A stretch of DNA of 64,000 nt from Anaerolineae bacterium. GTDB taxonomy: Bacteria > Chloroflexota > Anaerolineae > Aggregatilineales > J027. This document shows positions 1-9,822 of the stretch, one piece after another. The translations under genes were made by a program, and so were the position numbers. The stretch covers positions 235,019 through 299,018 of the forward strand of contig WBUL01000003.1 of NCBI GenBank assembly GCA_008933735.1, written 5' to 3'. The notes beneath the pieces are model-generated. The model did no database searches and was not told the DNA's origin. It was given only the letters and a program-made list of their open reading frames with translations. Within the stretch, counting starts at the first letter, position 1. Each line of letters begins with the position of its first letter.

Positions 1-367
1 TCCGCACAAATAATCCTGAATTGGGGCCACACAGTGCCACATCCAGGTACGCGCAGTCAATGGCATTCTGCTCTGTTGGGAAGATAAAAATGATATATCT
101 GCCATTTTGAAGAAGATCATTTCGAGATTTTGTCGGTGGCAGTAGATGTCCCTGCTCAATGACAGGAAGCTGCCGTGCTAAGGTTGAATCGGACACAAGG
201 GCAACTTCCGTCGATTCGTCCCTGCGCCACTGACGCGCCTTACGATAGGTATCCCCCTGAACCTCTGTCACTTCATAAATCTTACCATTTGCGATAAACA
301 ACACCCCGACAGGCAGCGAGGCGGTTTTCACAACAGGCAGTTTGGTGAGATAGTTGCTCCAGTTCAT
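1..367 (-). CDS. Hypothetical protein, partial (runs off the left edge)
   Basis: Manual translation gives an open frame from ATG at 367 (MNWSNYLTKLPVVKTASLPVGVLFIANGKIYEV...) to the window edge. G-rich SD-like stretch upstream. Divergent from the 440 gene. Confidence 0.55.
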   Translation of the reverse strand, partial: MNWSNYLTKLPVVKTASLPVGVLFIANGKIYEVTEVQGDTYRKARQWRRDESTEVALVSDSTLARQLPVIEQGHLLPPTKSRNDLLQNGRYIIFIFPTEQNAIDCAYLDVALCGPNSGLFVR

Positions 368-439
368 CTACCCCCGACTTTCTGACTAACACGCTATGAC
401 ACCTTGTTACACTCAGTTTAGCATGATAAATTTCTAACC

Positions 440-2044
440 ATGAAACGATTGTTACTACTTTTTTTCACTGCTGTCTTTTTCATTGCAGCCTGCCAGGACA
501 ACGGGCAGCCAACCAGGACTGAACTCCGCATCGAATTGCTGGATGGCAACGTCCGGCGTACCTACATTTCTGAAGAGCGTGTGTCGGTTGATGAATTTCT
601 GCGACAAGCCAACATCGAAATTGGCGATTTAGACCGCATCGAGCCCTCCCGGTTTACCCAGCTCGAAGATGGGATGACCATCACCATCGTGCGGGGGTCG
701 GAAGAAACTACCTGTTATGAAGAAGACTATTCGTTTGAAACCCGTCGTATCCCGACCGATTCCCTGAATCCAGGCGAAGAGGTGATTGGACAGGCAGGGG
801 AGAATGGCGTCCAGCGCATTTGTGAACGCTGCATTTTTGAAAACGGCGTCAGAACAACCTGCTCTGTAACCTCGCAAACCCCGATCAAAGAAGCGGTTGA
901 GCAGATTATTTATTACGGCACAGGTGGGGTTGATGTCCCGATTCTGTTTGAGGGTAAGCTGGCTTACCTCTCGAATGGGCAGGCCTGGTTTATTGAAGGA
1001 AATACGCGCAACCGCCGCGCTTTGACCACTGAAGGTTTGCTCGATGGCCGTGTTTTTGAGTTATCCCCCAATGGGCGGCAGTTATTATATACACGCTTTA
1101 CCGACGACAAAGAAGACCTGGAATTTACAAACGAACTCTGGGCGATTCTGGACACAGGCAGCCCCAGTCCGGTACGTTTGCTGCCGGATAATGTACTTAC
1201 AGCACAGTGGATGCCTGGTGAAAGTTTTTCTGTGAGCTACTCCACCGCGAATCCGACCAATACCTTTCCGGGTTATGAGGCATACAATGATGTCTACATT
1301 ATGCGGATCAACAGCCAGACCGGGCAGTCGATTGATTTTCGGAATGTGGTGGAGGAAAACGCACTGGGCGCGTACTCGTTCTGGGGAACCCGCTACAAAT
1401 GGGCACCTGATGGAACACGACTGGCTTGGTCGCGGGCGGATAGTATTGGGCTGGTTAACCTGGATGATGGAGAATATGTCACCCTGCTTTCCTTCCCGGA
1501 ATTTGCCCCGGCTTTGAGCGCAAATTGGGTCTGGCAGCCGGAAATTCAATGGTCGTATGATGGCCGCTGGTTGATTACAACAGTGCACGGCGCTCCCTAC
1601 AGTACCGAATCGGCGGAGAATTCGATCATCTTTGATATGGCCGTCATCGCGCCAGATACGGGATTGCTGCTGGATAAATTCCTGCCCCGCACGGGAATCT
1701 GGGCGACCCCACGCTTTTCACCAATACGGCAGGACGCCGCTGGTTTTCCGGATTTTGATATTGCCTATCTGCAAGCCCGCGACCCCTTAAACAGCCTGGG
1801 GGGAGAATACGACCTGATGGTTGCAGACCGGGATGGCAGTAATCCGCGCAAGATTTTTCCGCCAGATGGACGCCCCGGGATTCGTCCCTTTAATGAGAAA
1901 AATACGGACTTTGTGTGGAGTCCCTCTGGAACGCACGTGGCTTTGATTTATCAGGGAAATCTGTGGATTGTTGAAGTCCTGTCCGGGCTGAATCAGCAGA
2001 TCACCATTGACGGACAAGCCTCTCATCCACGCTGGACAAACTAA
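440..2044 (+). CDS. Lipoprotein with ubiquitin-like (DUF348-type) and G5 domains plus a TolB-like beta-propeller
   Basis: Lipobox FIAAC. 'VDEFLRQANIEIGDLDRIEPS...LEDGMTITIVR' resembles DUF348. 'GEEVIGQAGENG...EAVEQIIYYGT' resembles G5. Repeated LSPNG/WAPDG/WSYDG/WSPSG propeller motifs. Confidence 0.8.
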   Translation: MKRLLLLFFTAVFFIAACQDNGQPTRTELRIELLDGNVRRTYISEERVSVDEFLRQANIEIGDLDRIEPSRFTQLEDGMTITIVRGSEETTCYEEDYSFETRRIPTDSLNPGEEVIGQAGENGVQRICERCIFENGVRTTCSVTSQTPIKEAVEQIIYYGTGGVDVPILFEGKLAYLSNGQAWFIEGNTRNRRALTTEGLLDGRVFELSPNGRQLLYTRFTDDKEDLEFTNELWAILDTGSPSPVRLLPDNVLTAQWMPGESFSVSYSTANPTNTFPGYEAYNDVYIMRINSQTGQSIDFRNVVEENALGAYSFWGTRYKWAPDGTRLAWSRADSIGLVNLDDGEYVTLLSFPEFAPALSANWVWQPEIQWSYDGRWLITTVHGAPYSTESAENSIIFDMAVIAPDTGLLLDKFLPRTGIWATPRFSPIRQDAAGFPDFDIAYLQARDPLNSLGGEYDLMVADRDGSNPRKIFPPDGRPGIRPFNEKNTDFVWSPSGTHVALIYQGNLWIVEVLSGLNQQITIDGQASHPRWTN

Positions 2045-2047
2045 TTC

Positions 2048-5000
2048 ATGCAAAACCGCTGGCTTTTTTTCTGGGTAAGCGGGCTGGTTGCTGTCATCGC
2101 TTTTGGCGCCTGGCGGGCAGCGATCAGCCACTACGAAGTCAAAACACGTGGGTTTGAGCTGGCGACCCGCGAGGAAAACGTGCCCTATCGTCTGCCGTTG
2201 GCGGGTGTAAATGTTGAACTCACACAATATGATGACCCTTCGGCAGAACTGCAAAAAATCGCTGAACTGGGATTTGTCTGGATCAGGCAGCCATTTTTGT
2301 GGTCAGAAATCGAACCTGAACCCGGAAGGTATCAGTGGGCACTTTACGACAAAATTGTTGAGGCGGCAGCCGCGTTTGATGGCGAACTGAAAATTGTTGC
2401 GCTGCTGGATAGTACACCGCAATGGGCACGGCATCCTGATGCCTTTGGACATCCCTTTGCTCCCCCCGCCAGTCCCGCTGACTATGGCGCATTTGCCCGT
2501 GCAGTGGCCGACCGTTACGGCGACCAGATTGATTTTTATCAAATCTGGGATGAACCGAATATTGAAGAGCACTGGGGCAACTTAAATCCGCGCCCGGCAT
2601 TGTATGTGGCAATGCTGGAAGCCGCCTACAAGAATATTCATGCGGTTGATCCAGTGGCAATGGTCATTGCGGCTGCCCTGGCCCCGAATGTCGAGGATGG
2701 GCCGGACAACATTAATGACCCGGATTATTTGCGGGCGATTTATGAACTTGGCGGCAAAGCTTATTTTGATGCAGCGGCGGGGAAACCATACGGATTCAAT
2801 AGCCCCCCAAATGACCGCGCTGTTGACAAGGACACACTTAATTTCTCACGGTTGATCCTGCTGCGTGAGGAAATGGTGCAGCAGGGCGACGGCGACAAAC
2901 CCCTCTGGGGCAGCAACTGGGGCTGGAATGCGCTGCCCGAAAGCTGGACAGGTCCCCCGTCGATCTGGGGGCAGGTCTCTTTTTCAGCTCGCTTAAGCTA
3001 CACAAAACAGGCCCTTGAGCGGGCGCAGCAAGAATGGCCCTGGGTTGGTGGGCTGATCTTGCAACACTGGCAGCCAGATGCCCCACCCGATGATCCCATT
3101 CAGGGTTTCGCTGTCTCACCGCAGGCCGATCAATGGCAGGGTGTCGTCCCTGACCAGGTTGCGATGCATCCGGGTTTATATCCGGCGGTCAATCCCTACG
3201 CAAGCTATGAAGGTGACTGGGAATTTGGCGAGCTGGGCGCAGATGCAGGGCCTGATGCTGCACAAAATACAATTACCATTCAATTTGAAGGGACCGAATT
3301 TGCCCTGTCCGTGCGGCGCGGCGATTATCTCTCGTATCTGTTAGTCACGATTGACGATGAACCCGCTAATGCCCTGCCTCGGAACAATGACGGCGATGCT
3401 TTTATCGCGCTGACATCGCAAAAACGCGAACCCGCAATTGATTTAATCATTGCAGCGGAAAATCTGTCTCCTGGCCCCCATACCGCCGTAATTATCCATC
3501 GTCCTGAACTGGGCGATGACCAATGGCCCATCGTTGGGTTTGCGGTGGCGGCACAGCCCGACATCAGCAAACTGCCTCAGAACCTCGCCTTGGGAGTGTT
3601 GGCTGGCGCCCTGCTGACGATGACTTTGGCTGGGCTTCGTCTGCCCTGGGGAAACATCCGGCTTCCTTCTGCCGCCAGCTTGCGAAACATTGGAGATATG
3701 GCGCTGGGGCTGCTGTTTTCCACGATTGTCATGGGGGGCACACTGCTCACCTGGCATGAGACCATCACAGCAGCACTTCGTCGTGATCTGCCCACGCTGC
3801 TGGCGACTCTTGCGACATCGTCCATCCTGTATTTTTCACCCTCAACCTGGATCACATTAATCGCAATCATAATTCTGGGTGTGGTCATTTTCAGCCGTCC
3901 CTGGGTCGGGGTGCTCCAAATCCTGTTCTGGGCGGCGTTTTACACTTCAACCACGGATGCGCTTTTCCGTACACTGGCGACGGTCGAGGTTATGCTGGGC
4001 ATTACGACTGCCGCCGTTTTTGCGCGTTGGCTGTACGACTACAGCCGGACAAAGGGTGCGTTGGCTGTCCGGCTGCACCCCCTTGATCTGTGTATGCTTG
4101 CCCTGGTCGGTCTGGGTTTCCTTTCGCTGACATGGAGCGATCTGCTGCCGGAAGCACTGCGCGAACTGCGCGTGATGCTGGTGGAACCTGCTGTGTTTTA
4201 CCTGCTGGTCCGTCTGCTTCGCCCGGATAAACGCGACGTGGCTTTTCTTGCTGAAACCCTGCTGTTTACTGGGTTCATGCTCTCGGCAGTAGGACTGGTA
4301 CAGTTTTTTGTCACAGAAACCGCCGTTGTAGTCGCTGAAGGCGGGACACGACGCCTTGCCAGTGTTTACGGCTCTCCAAACGGTCTGGGATTAATGTTGG
4401 GGCGGTGCTTGCCGTTCGCGTTGGCCTACTTGATTGTTCCCGTTGGTGAATGGCGCAAAATCCTGGCGCTTATTAGCGGTGCGACGATGCTTATTGCGCT
4501 GGCGCTGAGTCAGAGCGTGGGGGCAATTTTGTTAGGTGTTCCGGCGGCGTTTGTGGTTGTGATTCTGGGTTGGCGCGGCAAAAAAGCTCTTCCGATCCTG
4601 GGAGGGCTGGCAGCAGCAGGAGCATTTGCCCTGATTCCGCTGTCCCGGCTCATTCCCCGCCTGCGCCAGATCACAGATTTTGAAAACAACACGACTGTTT
4701 TCCGTGTCAATCTATGGCGCAGCTCGTTACAACTCATTCAAGATAGGCCAATCACCGGTGTTGGGTTAGACCAGTTTCTGTATACCTACCGCAGCCGTTA
4801 TATTTTACCAGAAGCGTGGGCTGACCCCGACCTCTCTCATCCGCATAACTTACTGCTGGATTACTGGGTACGGTTGGGGATGTTGGGTGTACTGTTGGGT
4901 TTAATCACACAGGTTTTTTTCTGGAAACAGGCGCTGCACATTTACCAAAAAGTACGTCATACCGATCCCCTGTGTTTTGCCCTGGTGTTGGGTGCGATGG

Positions 5001-5116
5001 GCGCGATGGCGGATGTGCTGGGGCATGGTCTGGTCGATATGGCCTTTTTTAATATTAATTTGAGTTATGTCTTTGCCATCTTACTGGCGATGGTGATCCA
5101 CCTCGATCAGAACTAG
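2048..5116 (+). CDS. Fusion of a clan GH-A (GH5/GH39-like) TIM-barrel domain, a beta-sandwich domain and an O-antigen ligase/polymerase (Wzy_C) membrane domain
   Basis: N-terminal anchor. 'WIRQPFLWSEIEPEPG', 'QIWDEPN'. Many C-terminal TM helices with 'YGSPNGLG', 'LSQS', 'PITGVGLDQF', 'HPHN'. Confidence 0.8.
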   Translation: MQNRWLFFWVSGLVAVIAFGAWRAAISHYEVKTRGFELATREENVPYRLPLAGVNVELTQYDDPSAELQKIAELGFVWIRQPFLWSEIEPEPGRYQWALYDKIVEAAAAFDGELKIVALLDSTPQWARHPDAFGHPFAPPASPADYGAFARAVADRYGDQIDFYQIWDEPNIEEHWGNLNPRPALYVAMLEAAYKNIHAVDPVAMVIAAALAPNVEDGPDNINDPDYLRAIYELGGKAYFDAAAGKPYGFNSPPNDRAVDKDTLNFSRLILLREEMVQQGDGDKPLWGSNWGWNALPESWTGPPSIWGQVSFSARLSYTKQALERAQQEWPWVGGLILQHWQPDAPPDDPIQGFAVSPQADQWQGVVPDQVAMHPGLYPAVNPYASYEGDWEFGELGADAGPDAAQNTITIQFEGTEFALSVRRGDYLSYLLVTIDDEPANALPRNNDGDAFIALTSQKREPAIDLIIAAENLSPGPHTAVIIHRPELGDDQWPIVGFAVAAQPDISKLPQNLALGVLAGALLTMTLAGLRLPWGNIRLPSAASLRNIGDMALGLLFSTIVMGGTLLTWHETITAALRRDLPTLLATLATSSILYFSPSTWITLIAIIILGVVIFSRPWVGVLQILFWAAFYTSTTDALFRTLATVEVMLGITTAAVFARWLYDYSRTKGALAVRLHPLDLCMLALVGLGFLSLTWSDLLPEALRELRVMLVEPAVFYLLVRLLRPDKRDVAFLAETLLFTGFMLSAVGLVQFFVTETAVVVAEGGTRRLASVYGSPNGLGLMLGRCLPFALAYLIVPVGEWRKILALISGATMLIALALSQSVGAILLGVPAAFVVVILGWRGKKALPILGGLAAAGAFALIPLSRLIPRLRQITDFENNTTVFRVNLWRSSLQLIQDRPITGVGLDQFLYTYRSRYILPEAWADPDLSHPHNLLLDYWVRLGMLGVLLGLITQVFFWKQALHIYQKVRHTDPLCFALVLGAMGAMADVLGHGLVDMAFFNINLSYVFAILLAMVIHLDQN

Positions 5117-5118
5117 AC

Positions 5119-5148
5119 TTGCCGTGATCCCAACCCCCTGCATACAAT
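5119..5148 (+). promoter_or_regulatory. Putative sigma70-type promoter for the macrodomain gene
   Basis: TTGCCG-N18-TACAAT upstream of GAGG and the ATG at 5171. Confidence 0.35.
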
Positions 5149-5170
5149 ATCCCCAAGAGGAAGTGCGGCG

Positions 5171-5722
5171 ATGGAAACCAGCCTGAATCATGTTACATTG
5201 AAACTCATCCAGGGCAACCTGACCGAACTGGTGGTTGATGCTATCGTCAATTCCACGACGACAGACTTTGATTTGACGCTGGGCACAGGTGAGCAGATTC
5301 TCCGTAAGGGCGGGATGAGCATTCGGGCGGCTGTGCAGCAGCATATTCCGGGTGAGGAAGGACAGTCGGTTTTAACGACCGCCGGAAATCTGCCCTCAAG
5401 ATATGTCATCCACGCTGTTGGCCCCCGGATGGGCAGCGGCAATGAGCGCGGTAAACTCGCCAGCGCAGTCTGGAATACCCTTAAGCTGGCAGTACAGCAT
5501 CAGCTAGCCTCAATCGCCTTCCCACCGATTTCCATTGGCGCACTGGGCTATCCCGTTGAAGGCTGCGCGACCGTCATGGCACAAAAAATCGTGGATTTCA
5601 CGTTTGAAGATACCGTCCCCCTCAAGACCATCATTGTCTGTCTGGAAACCGCCTCCACTTTCCACATTTTTGAGCAGGCGTTTCGACGAGAAGTTGAAAC
5701 TGCCCGTGCAGACGCCCCCTAA
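5171..5722 (+). CDS. Macrodomain protein with degenerate active-site motifs
   Basis: 'QGNLTELVVDAIVN', 'TTAGNLPSRYVIHAVGP', 'SIAFPPISIGALGYP'. Confidence 0.85.
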   Translation: METSLNHVTLKLIQGNLTELVVDAIVNSTTTDFDLTLGTGEQILRKGGMSIRAAVQQHIPGEEGQSVLTTAGNLPSRYVIHAVGPRMGSGNERGKLASAVWNTLKLAVQHQLASIAFPPISIGALGYPVEGCATVMAQKIVDFTFEDTVPLKTIIVCLETASTFHIFEQAFRREVETARADAP

Positions 5723-5728
5723 TCGCTC

Positions 5729-5757
5729 TTAGCGAAAACAAACTCCTGTGTTAAACT
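5729..5757 (+). promoter_or_regulatory. Putative extended -10 promoter for the UXS-ligase-GtrA-GT4 unit
   Basis: TTAGCG-N17-TAAACT with a TGn extension. AGGAG RBS before GTG 5786. Confidence 0.35.
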
Positions 5758-5785
5758 TCTTTGGTTTTGACTGTAGGAGTGTAAG

Positions 5786-6742
5786 GTGCGTGTTTTAATT
5801 ACAGGCGCAGCAGGCTTCCTGGGATCGCACTTGTGTGATCGGTTTATACAGGAAGGTCACACCGTTGTGGCGATGGACAACCTGATAACAGGATCGACCA
5901 AAAACATTGAACATCTCGCGGGCAACGAACAGTTCTCGTTCATCAAGCATGATGTTTCTAACTATATTTTTGTCCCTGGGAAAATCGATGCGGTCCTGCA
6001 TTTTGCCTCACCTGCCAGCCCGATTGACTATCTGAGATACCCCATCCAGACCCTGAAGGTCGGCGCATTGGGAACGCATAACGCCCTGGGAGTAGCTCTG
6101 GAAAAAGGCGCGAGGTTCCTCCTGGCTTCCACTTCCGAAATTTATGGTGATCCGCTGGTGCATCCGCAGAAAGAAGATTACCCCGGCAATGTCGATTCGA
6201 TTGGCCCGCGCGGGGTGTACGACGAAGCCAAACGATTTGCCGAAGCCCTGACGATGGCTTACTACCGTACCCATCGACTTCAAACCCGGATTGCCCGTAT
6301 TTTTAATACGTTCGGCCCCCGGATGCGCCTCCATGATGGGCGGGTTGTTCCCACCTTTATCCGGCAGGCATTGCAGGGTGAGCCGCTGACTGCCTACGGA
6401 GATGGGCGGCAGACCCGCAGCTTTTGTTACGTCGCCGATTTGATTGAAGGGATTTATCGCCTGCTCAACAGTGATTTTGCTGACCCGGTCAATCTCGGCA
6501 ATCCCAATGAAATGACCATCGTGCAGTTCGCTGAGATTATTAATCGGCTAACCGATAATCCCGGCGGCATCGTCTTTGAGGACAAACGCATCGAAGGCGA
6601 CCCACAAATTCGCCAACCCGATATTAGCCGGGCGAGAAATGTCCTCGGTTGGGAGCCCAAAGTTTCGCTGGAAGAAGGTCTACAGATCACCATTGAGTAC
6701 TACCAGAAAACTGGTGTCAACAGCACTGATACCACCGCGTGA
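5786..6742 (+). CDS. UDP-glucuronate decarboxylase (UDP-xylose synthase)-family NAD-dependent epimerase/dehydratase
   Basis: [51 protein letters not shown]. Confidence 0.9.
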   Translation: MRVLITGAAGFLGSHLCDRFIQEGHTVVAMDNLITGSTKNIEHLAGNEQFSFIKHDVSNYIFVPGKIDAVLHFASPASPIDYLRYPIQTLKVGALGTHNALGVALEKGARFLLASTSEIYGDPLVHPQKEDYPGNVDSIGPRGVYDEAKRFAEALTMAYYRTHRLQTRIARIFNTFGPRMRLHDGRVVPTFIRQALQGEPLTAYGDGRQTRSFCYVADLIEGIYRLLNSDFADPVNLGNPNEMTIVQFAEIINRLTDNPGGIVFEDKRIEGDPQIRQPDISRARNVLGWEPKVSLEEGLQITIEYYQKTGVNSTDTTA

Positions 6743-8165
6743 GGCGGTTCTGGCGGCGATCACAGGCTTAGCGGCAGCGCTGCTGCCTCTGCCAGTCTTT
6801 GCCGTTTTGCTGGGCGGCGGCCTTTTGGGGATGGTGATTCTCGTTGAACCCGTTCTTGCGCTGGTTGTTACCCTCAGTATTGCCCCGCTCAAAACTCTGA
6901 TCGAAACCGAAGCTCCTCTCCAGCTCCCTTTAGATGTTGGACAGATCACGCTGTTTATTTTTGTCGGTGTCTGGATCTTACGCCGTGTGGCTGACAGAGA
7001 ACGCCATTTCTACTATCCGAAACTGCTGCTGTTTGCCATCGGATATTTTCTGCTGATGGCCTCGTTCAGCCTGTGGGGTGCCTATTCAACATCCGCCTTC
7101 ATGACCGAAATGCTTAAGTGGGCACAAATTCTCCTGCTGGTATTCCTGGTAGCGAACACACAGCGTTGGCAATGGGCATTGTTTGGCGTTGTGCTGAGCG
7201 CGGTGCTGCAAGCGGTCATCGGGCTGTGGGAATTTACAGGTGGGTCAGGTGCTGCCCATCTCTGGATACTGGATTACCGTTATTTTCGTGCTTTCGGAAC
7301 CTTCGGACAGCCGAACCCGTTTGGGGCTTTCATGGGAATGGTACTGCCGTTAGCGCTTGGTACGGCCACAGGATACGGTTGGTCGGCCTATACTGCGAGA
7401 AAATGGGAACCCCTCTGGTTGGCGCTGCTTTATGCTGGCCTGAGTCTGGTGATTCTGGCGGCGCTGTTGGCCTCCTGGAGTCGCGGGGCCTGGCTCGGAT
7501 TTCTTGGGGCAGGATTGGTCATGGCGCTCTTCTTCCCGAAAAAACGCTATTATGGGCTGCTGGCAGTAGCGGTCATGAGTGTGGTGTTCCTGGGGTTGTG
7601 GCTGGGTGGTGTTCTGCCTGCCAGTTTGACAGCGCGTCTGACGAACTTCAGCCAGGATTTCACGGGTTTTGGCGATGTTCGCGGCGCAGTCATCAGCGAC
7701 GAGAATTTTGCCGTTCTGGAACGCCTTGCACACTGGCAGGCAGCAGTGGAGATGGCGAATGCTCATCCACTCGTCGGGGTCGGTTTTGGCAATTACGAAA
7801 CCGCTTACCCATCCTTTGGGCTGGCGAACTGGCAAAATCCGCTCGGCCACGCGCATAATTACTACTTAAATGTGCTGGCAGAAACGGGCCTGATAGGATT
7901 TCATAGTTATTTCATAATGTGGGGCTTGATAATCCTGCAAAATTGGCGTTTACTAAAAATGCCGACACCCTGGCAGCAGCGCGGTATAGTTGTGGGTCTG
8001 CTCGGTGTCTGGACATATATTGCCATTCATAGTTTCTTAGACAAACTGTATGTCAATAATCTTTTTCTGCATGTTGGTGTGATGCTGGGCATCCTCGCGG
8101 TATTGAATCAGGAGATGTTTGTTGACCACGCTCAAAACAGCGACTCGAAGTGTGAATCCTGCTGA
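6714..8165 (+). CDS. O-antigen ligase/polymerase (Wzy_C) family membrane protein
   Basis: Many TM segments. [34 protein letters not shown]. Start reassigned to GTG 6714, which overlaps the upstream gene end. Confidence 0.85.
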   Translation: MSTALIPPREAVLAAITGLAAALLPLPVFAVLLGGGLLGMVILVEPVLALVVTLSIAPLKTLIETEAPLQLPLDVGQITLFIFVGVWILRRVADRERHFYYPKLLLFAIGYFLLMASFSLWGAYSTSAFMTEMLKWAQILLLVFLVANTQRWQWALFGVVLSAVLQAVIGLWEFTGGSGAAHLWILDYRYFRAFGTFGQPNPFGAFMGMVLPLALGTATGYGWSAYTARKWEPLWLALLYAGLSLVILAALLASWSRGAWLGFLGAGLVMALFFPKKRYYGLLAVAVMSVVFLGLWLGGVLPASLTARLTNFSQDFTGFGDVRGAVISDENFAVLERLAHWQAAVEMANAHPLVGVGFGNYETAYPSFGLANWQNPLGHAHNYYLNVLAETGLIGFHSYFIMWGLIILQNWRLLKMPTPWQQRGIVVGLLGVWTYIAIHSFLDKLYVNNLFLHVGVMLGILAVLNQEMFVDHAQNSDSKCESC

Positions 8166-8688
8166 CCGGTTCATCCTGTGGATTGCGGGGTTTTTTGGCC
8201 CCAAAGCGAAGGAAGTGGAACGCTTCCTCAAGTTTGCACTGGTGGGGACATTTGGTGCTGTGGTGGATTTTGCGACGCTGAATGTACTGCAATTTGTCAT
8301 TCTTGTTCCCGTTCCTCCCTACCAGAATACAAAAATCGCAAGTGCCACCGGCATCGCCTTTTGTGCGGCAGTGCTCAGCAACTTTGTCCTGAACCGTTAC
8401 TGGACGTATCCTGACTCGCGCTCGCGGAGTATGCGGCGTCAGTTAGCGCAGTTTTTTCTGATTAGCATTGTCGGGTTGGTTTTCCGACTGATCTTTGTGA
8501 GTGTCAGCTACAAATATCTGGGGGACTTCAGCGCAAGCTTACTGGAAAGCCTTTCCATCAATGCGGATTGGGGCGAAGAAGCGATCTTCCAGCTTGGCAC
8601 TAACGAGGCTCAGGCAATTTCCATTGTGGTCGTGTTATTCTGGAACTTTTTTGCCAACCGCTATTGGACATACAACGATGTTGAGTGA
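8119..8688 (+). CDS. GtrA family lipid-linked sugar translocase-like protein
   Basis: 'RFLKFALVG..GAVVDF', 'SNFVLNRYWTY', 'WNFFANRYWTY'. Confidence 0.9.
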   Translation: MLTTLKTATRSVNPADRFILWIAGFFGPKAKEVERFLKFALVGTFGAVVDFATLNVLQFVILVPVPPYQNTKIASATGIAFCAAVLSNFVLNRYWTYPDSRSRSMRRQLAQFFLISIVGLVFRLIFVSVSYKYLGDFSASLLESLSINADWGEEAIFQLGTNEAQAISIVVVLFWNFFANRYWTYNDVE

Positions 8689-9818
8689 TCGGGATTGATT
8701 ATACCGCCGCCTACGAACAGGGCGCGGGCATTGGGCGGCTGGTGCGGCAGTTAATTCATGCCCTTGCCGTCGAAGATTCAACCACTCCCTATAAACTGTT
8801 TGTCGCGGGTGCAGCTTCCGCGCAACTCCCTCCCGCCCCCGGAGCAAATTTCCGCTGGTATCCAACCCGCGTGACGCCGCGTTGGTTTTCCAGGCTGTGG
8901 TTTCGGGCGCGGCTGTACTGGCCGATTGAGTTTTTTATTGGGTCAGTAAAACTCTATCATGCGACGGACTTTACGCTTCCCCCGACATTCCCCGGCACAA
9001 AAACCATTCTCACTGTGCATGACTTATCGTTTGTCCGCTCCCCGGATACCCTCCCGCACGCGCTGAAAACCTATCTTGATCATGCCGTACCCTGGTCGGT
9101 CACACGGGCGTCGCATGTGCTGGCTGATTCTCAAGCTACCAAAGATGACCTGATTGAGCTTTACGGCACCCCTGCGGAAAAAATTACCGTGCTGCTCAGC
9201 GGGGTGGATGCACGCTTTGAACCCATCTCCGATTCAGGGCGCATCCAGGCGGTGCGGGCGAAATATAAAATTCCTGATGGCCCTTATATTTTTTCGATTG
9301 GCACGGTGCAGCCACGCAAAAATTATCCACGCTTGGTGCAGGCGTTGCATCAGCTAGGAAAAAATTTTTCACATGTGAATCTGGTCATTGCAGGGGGGAA
9401 AGGCTGGCTGGACAGCCCTATTTACGACACCATCCGGCAGTCAGGCATGACCGAACGGGTACACTTCACCGGATTTGCCGATGACCGCGATATTCCCGCC
9501 CTTTACAGTGCCGCTACTTTAACCGCTTACCCGTCGCTGTATGAAGGCTTCGGATTTCCAATTGTTGAATCAATGGCCTGCGGCACCCCTGTGATTACAA
9601 GCAATGTGTCATCCATGCCGGAAGTGGCTGGAAACGCGGCGATTCTGGTGAATCCGTATGATGTGGATGCCCTGAGCGATGGGATTCGCGTGCTATTGAC
9701 GGATACCAGCCTTCGGGCGACACTTATTGAACGAGGCTTACAGCAGGCCAGCCGCTTTACCTGGCAAAAAGCGGCCCTGGAACTCAAAGAAATTTATCAG
9801 CGTGTGATGGAAAGTTAA
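8685..9818 (+). CDS. Glycosyltransferase family 4 (GT-B)
   Basis: TVHDL, PRKN, 'PSLYEGFGFPIVESMACG' (EX7E motif). Confidence 0.93.
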   Translation: MIGIDYTAAYEQGAGIGRLVRQLIHALAVEDSTTPYKLFVAGAASAQLPPAPGANFRWYPTRVTPRWFSRLWFRARLYWPIEFFIGSVKLYHATDFTLPPTFPGTKTILTVHDLSFVRSPDTLPHALKTYLDHAVPWSVTRASHVLADSQATKDDLIELYGTPAEKITVLLSGVDARFEPISDSGRIQAVRAKYKIPDGPYIFSIGTVQPRKNYPRLVQALHQLGKNFSHVNLVIAGGKGWLDSPIYDTIRQSGMTERVHFTGFADDRDIPALYSAATLTAYPSLYEGFGFPIVESMACGTPVITSNVSSMPEVAGNAAILVNPYDVDALSDGIRVLLTDTSLRATLIERGLQQASRFTWQKAALELKEIYQRVMES

Positions 9819-9822
9819 AACA

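Noticed and set aside
5786-6742. Possible UDP-apiose synthase linked to the apiose operon
   Set aside because: Motifs ([15 protein letters not shown]) are those of ordinary UDP-xylose synthase-type enzymes, and nothing links it to the catabolic operon.
7118-7858. 246-aa alternative-frame ORF, and similar ORFs at 10403-11143, 27414-28175 and 60212-60955
   Set aside because: They overlap well-supported genes, show no recognisable motifs and have atypical composition.
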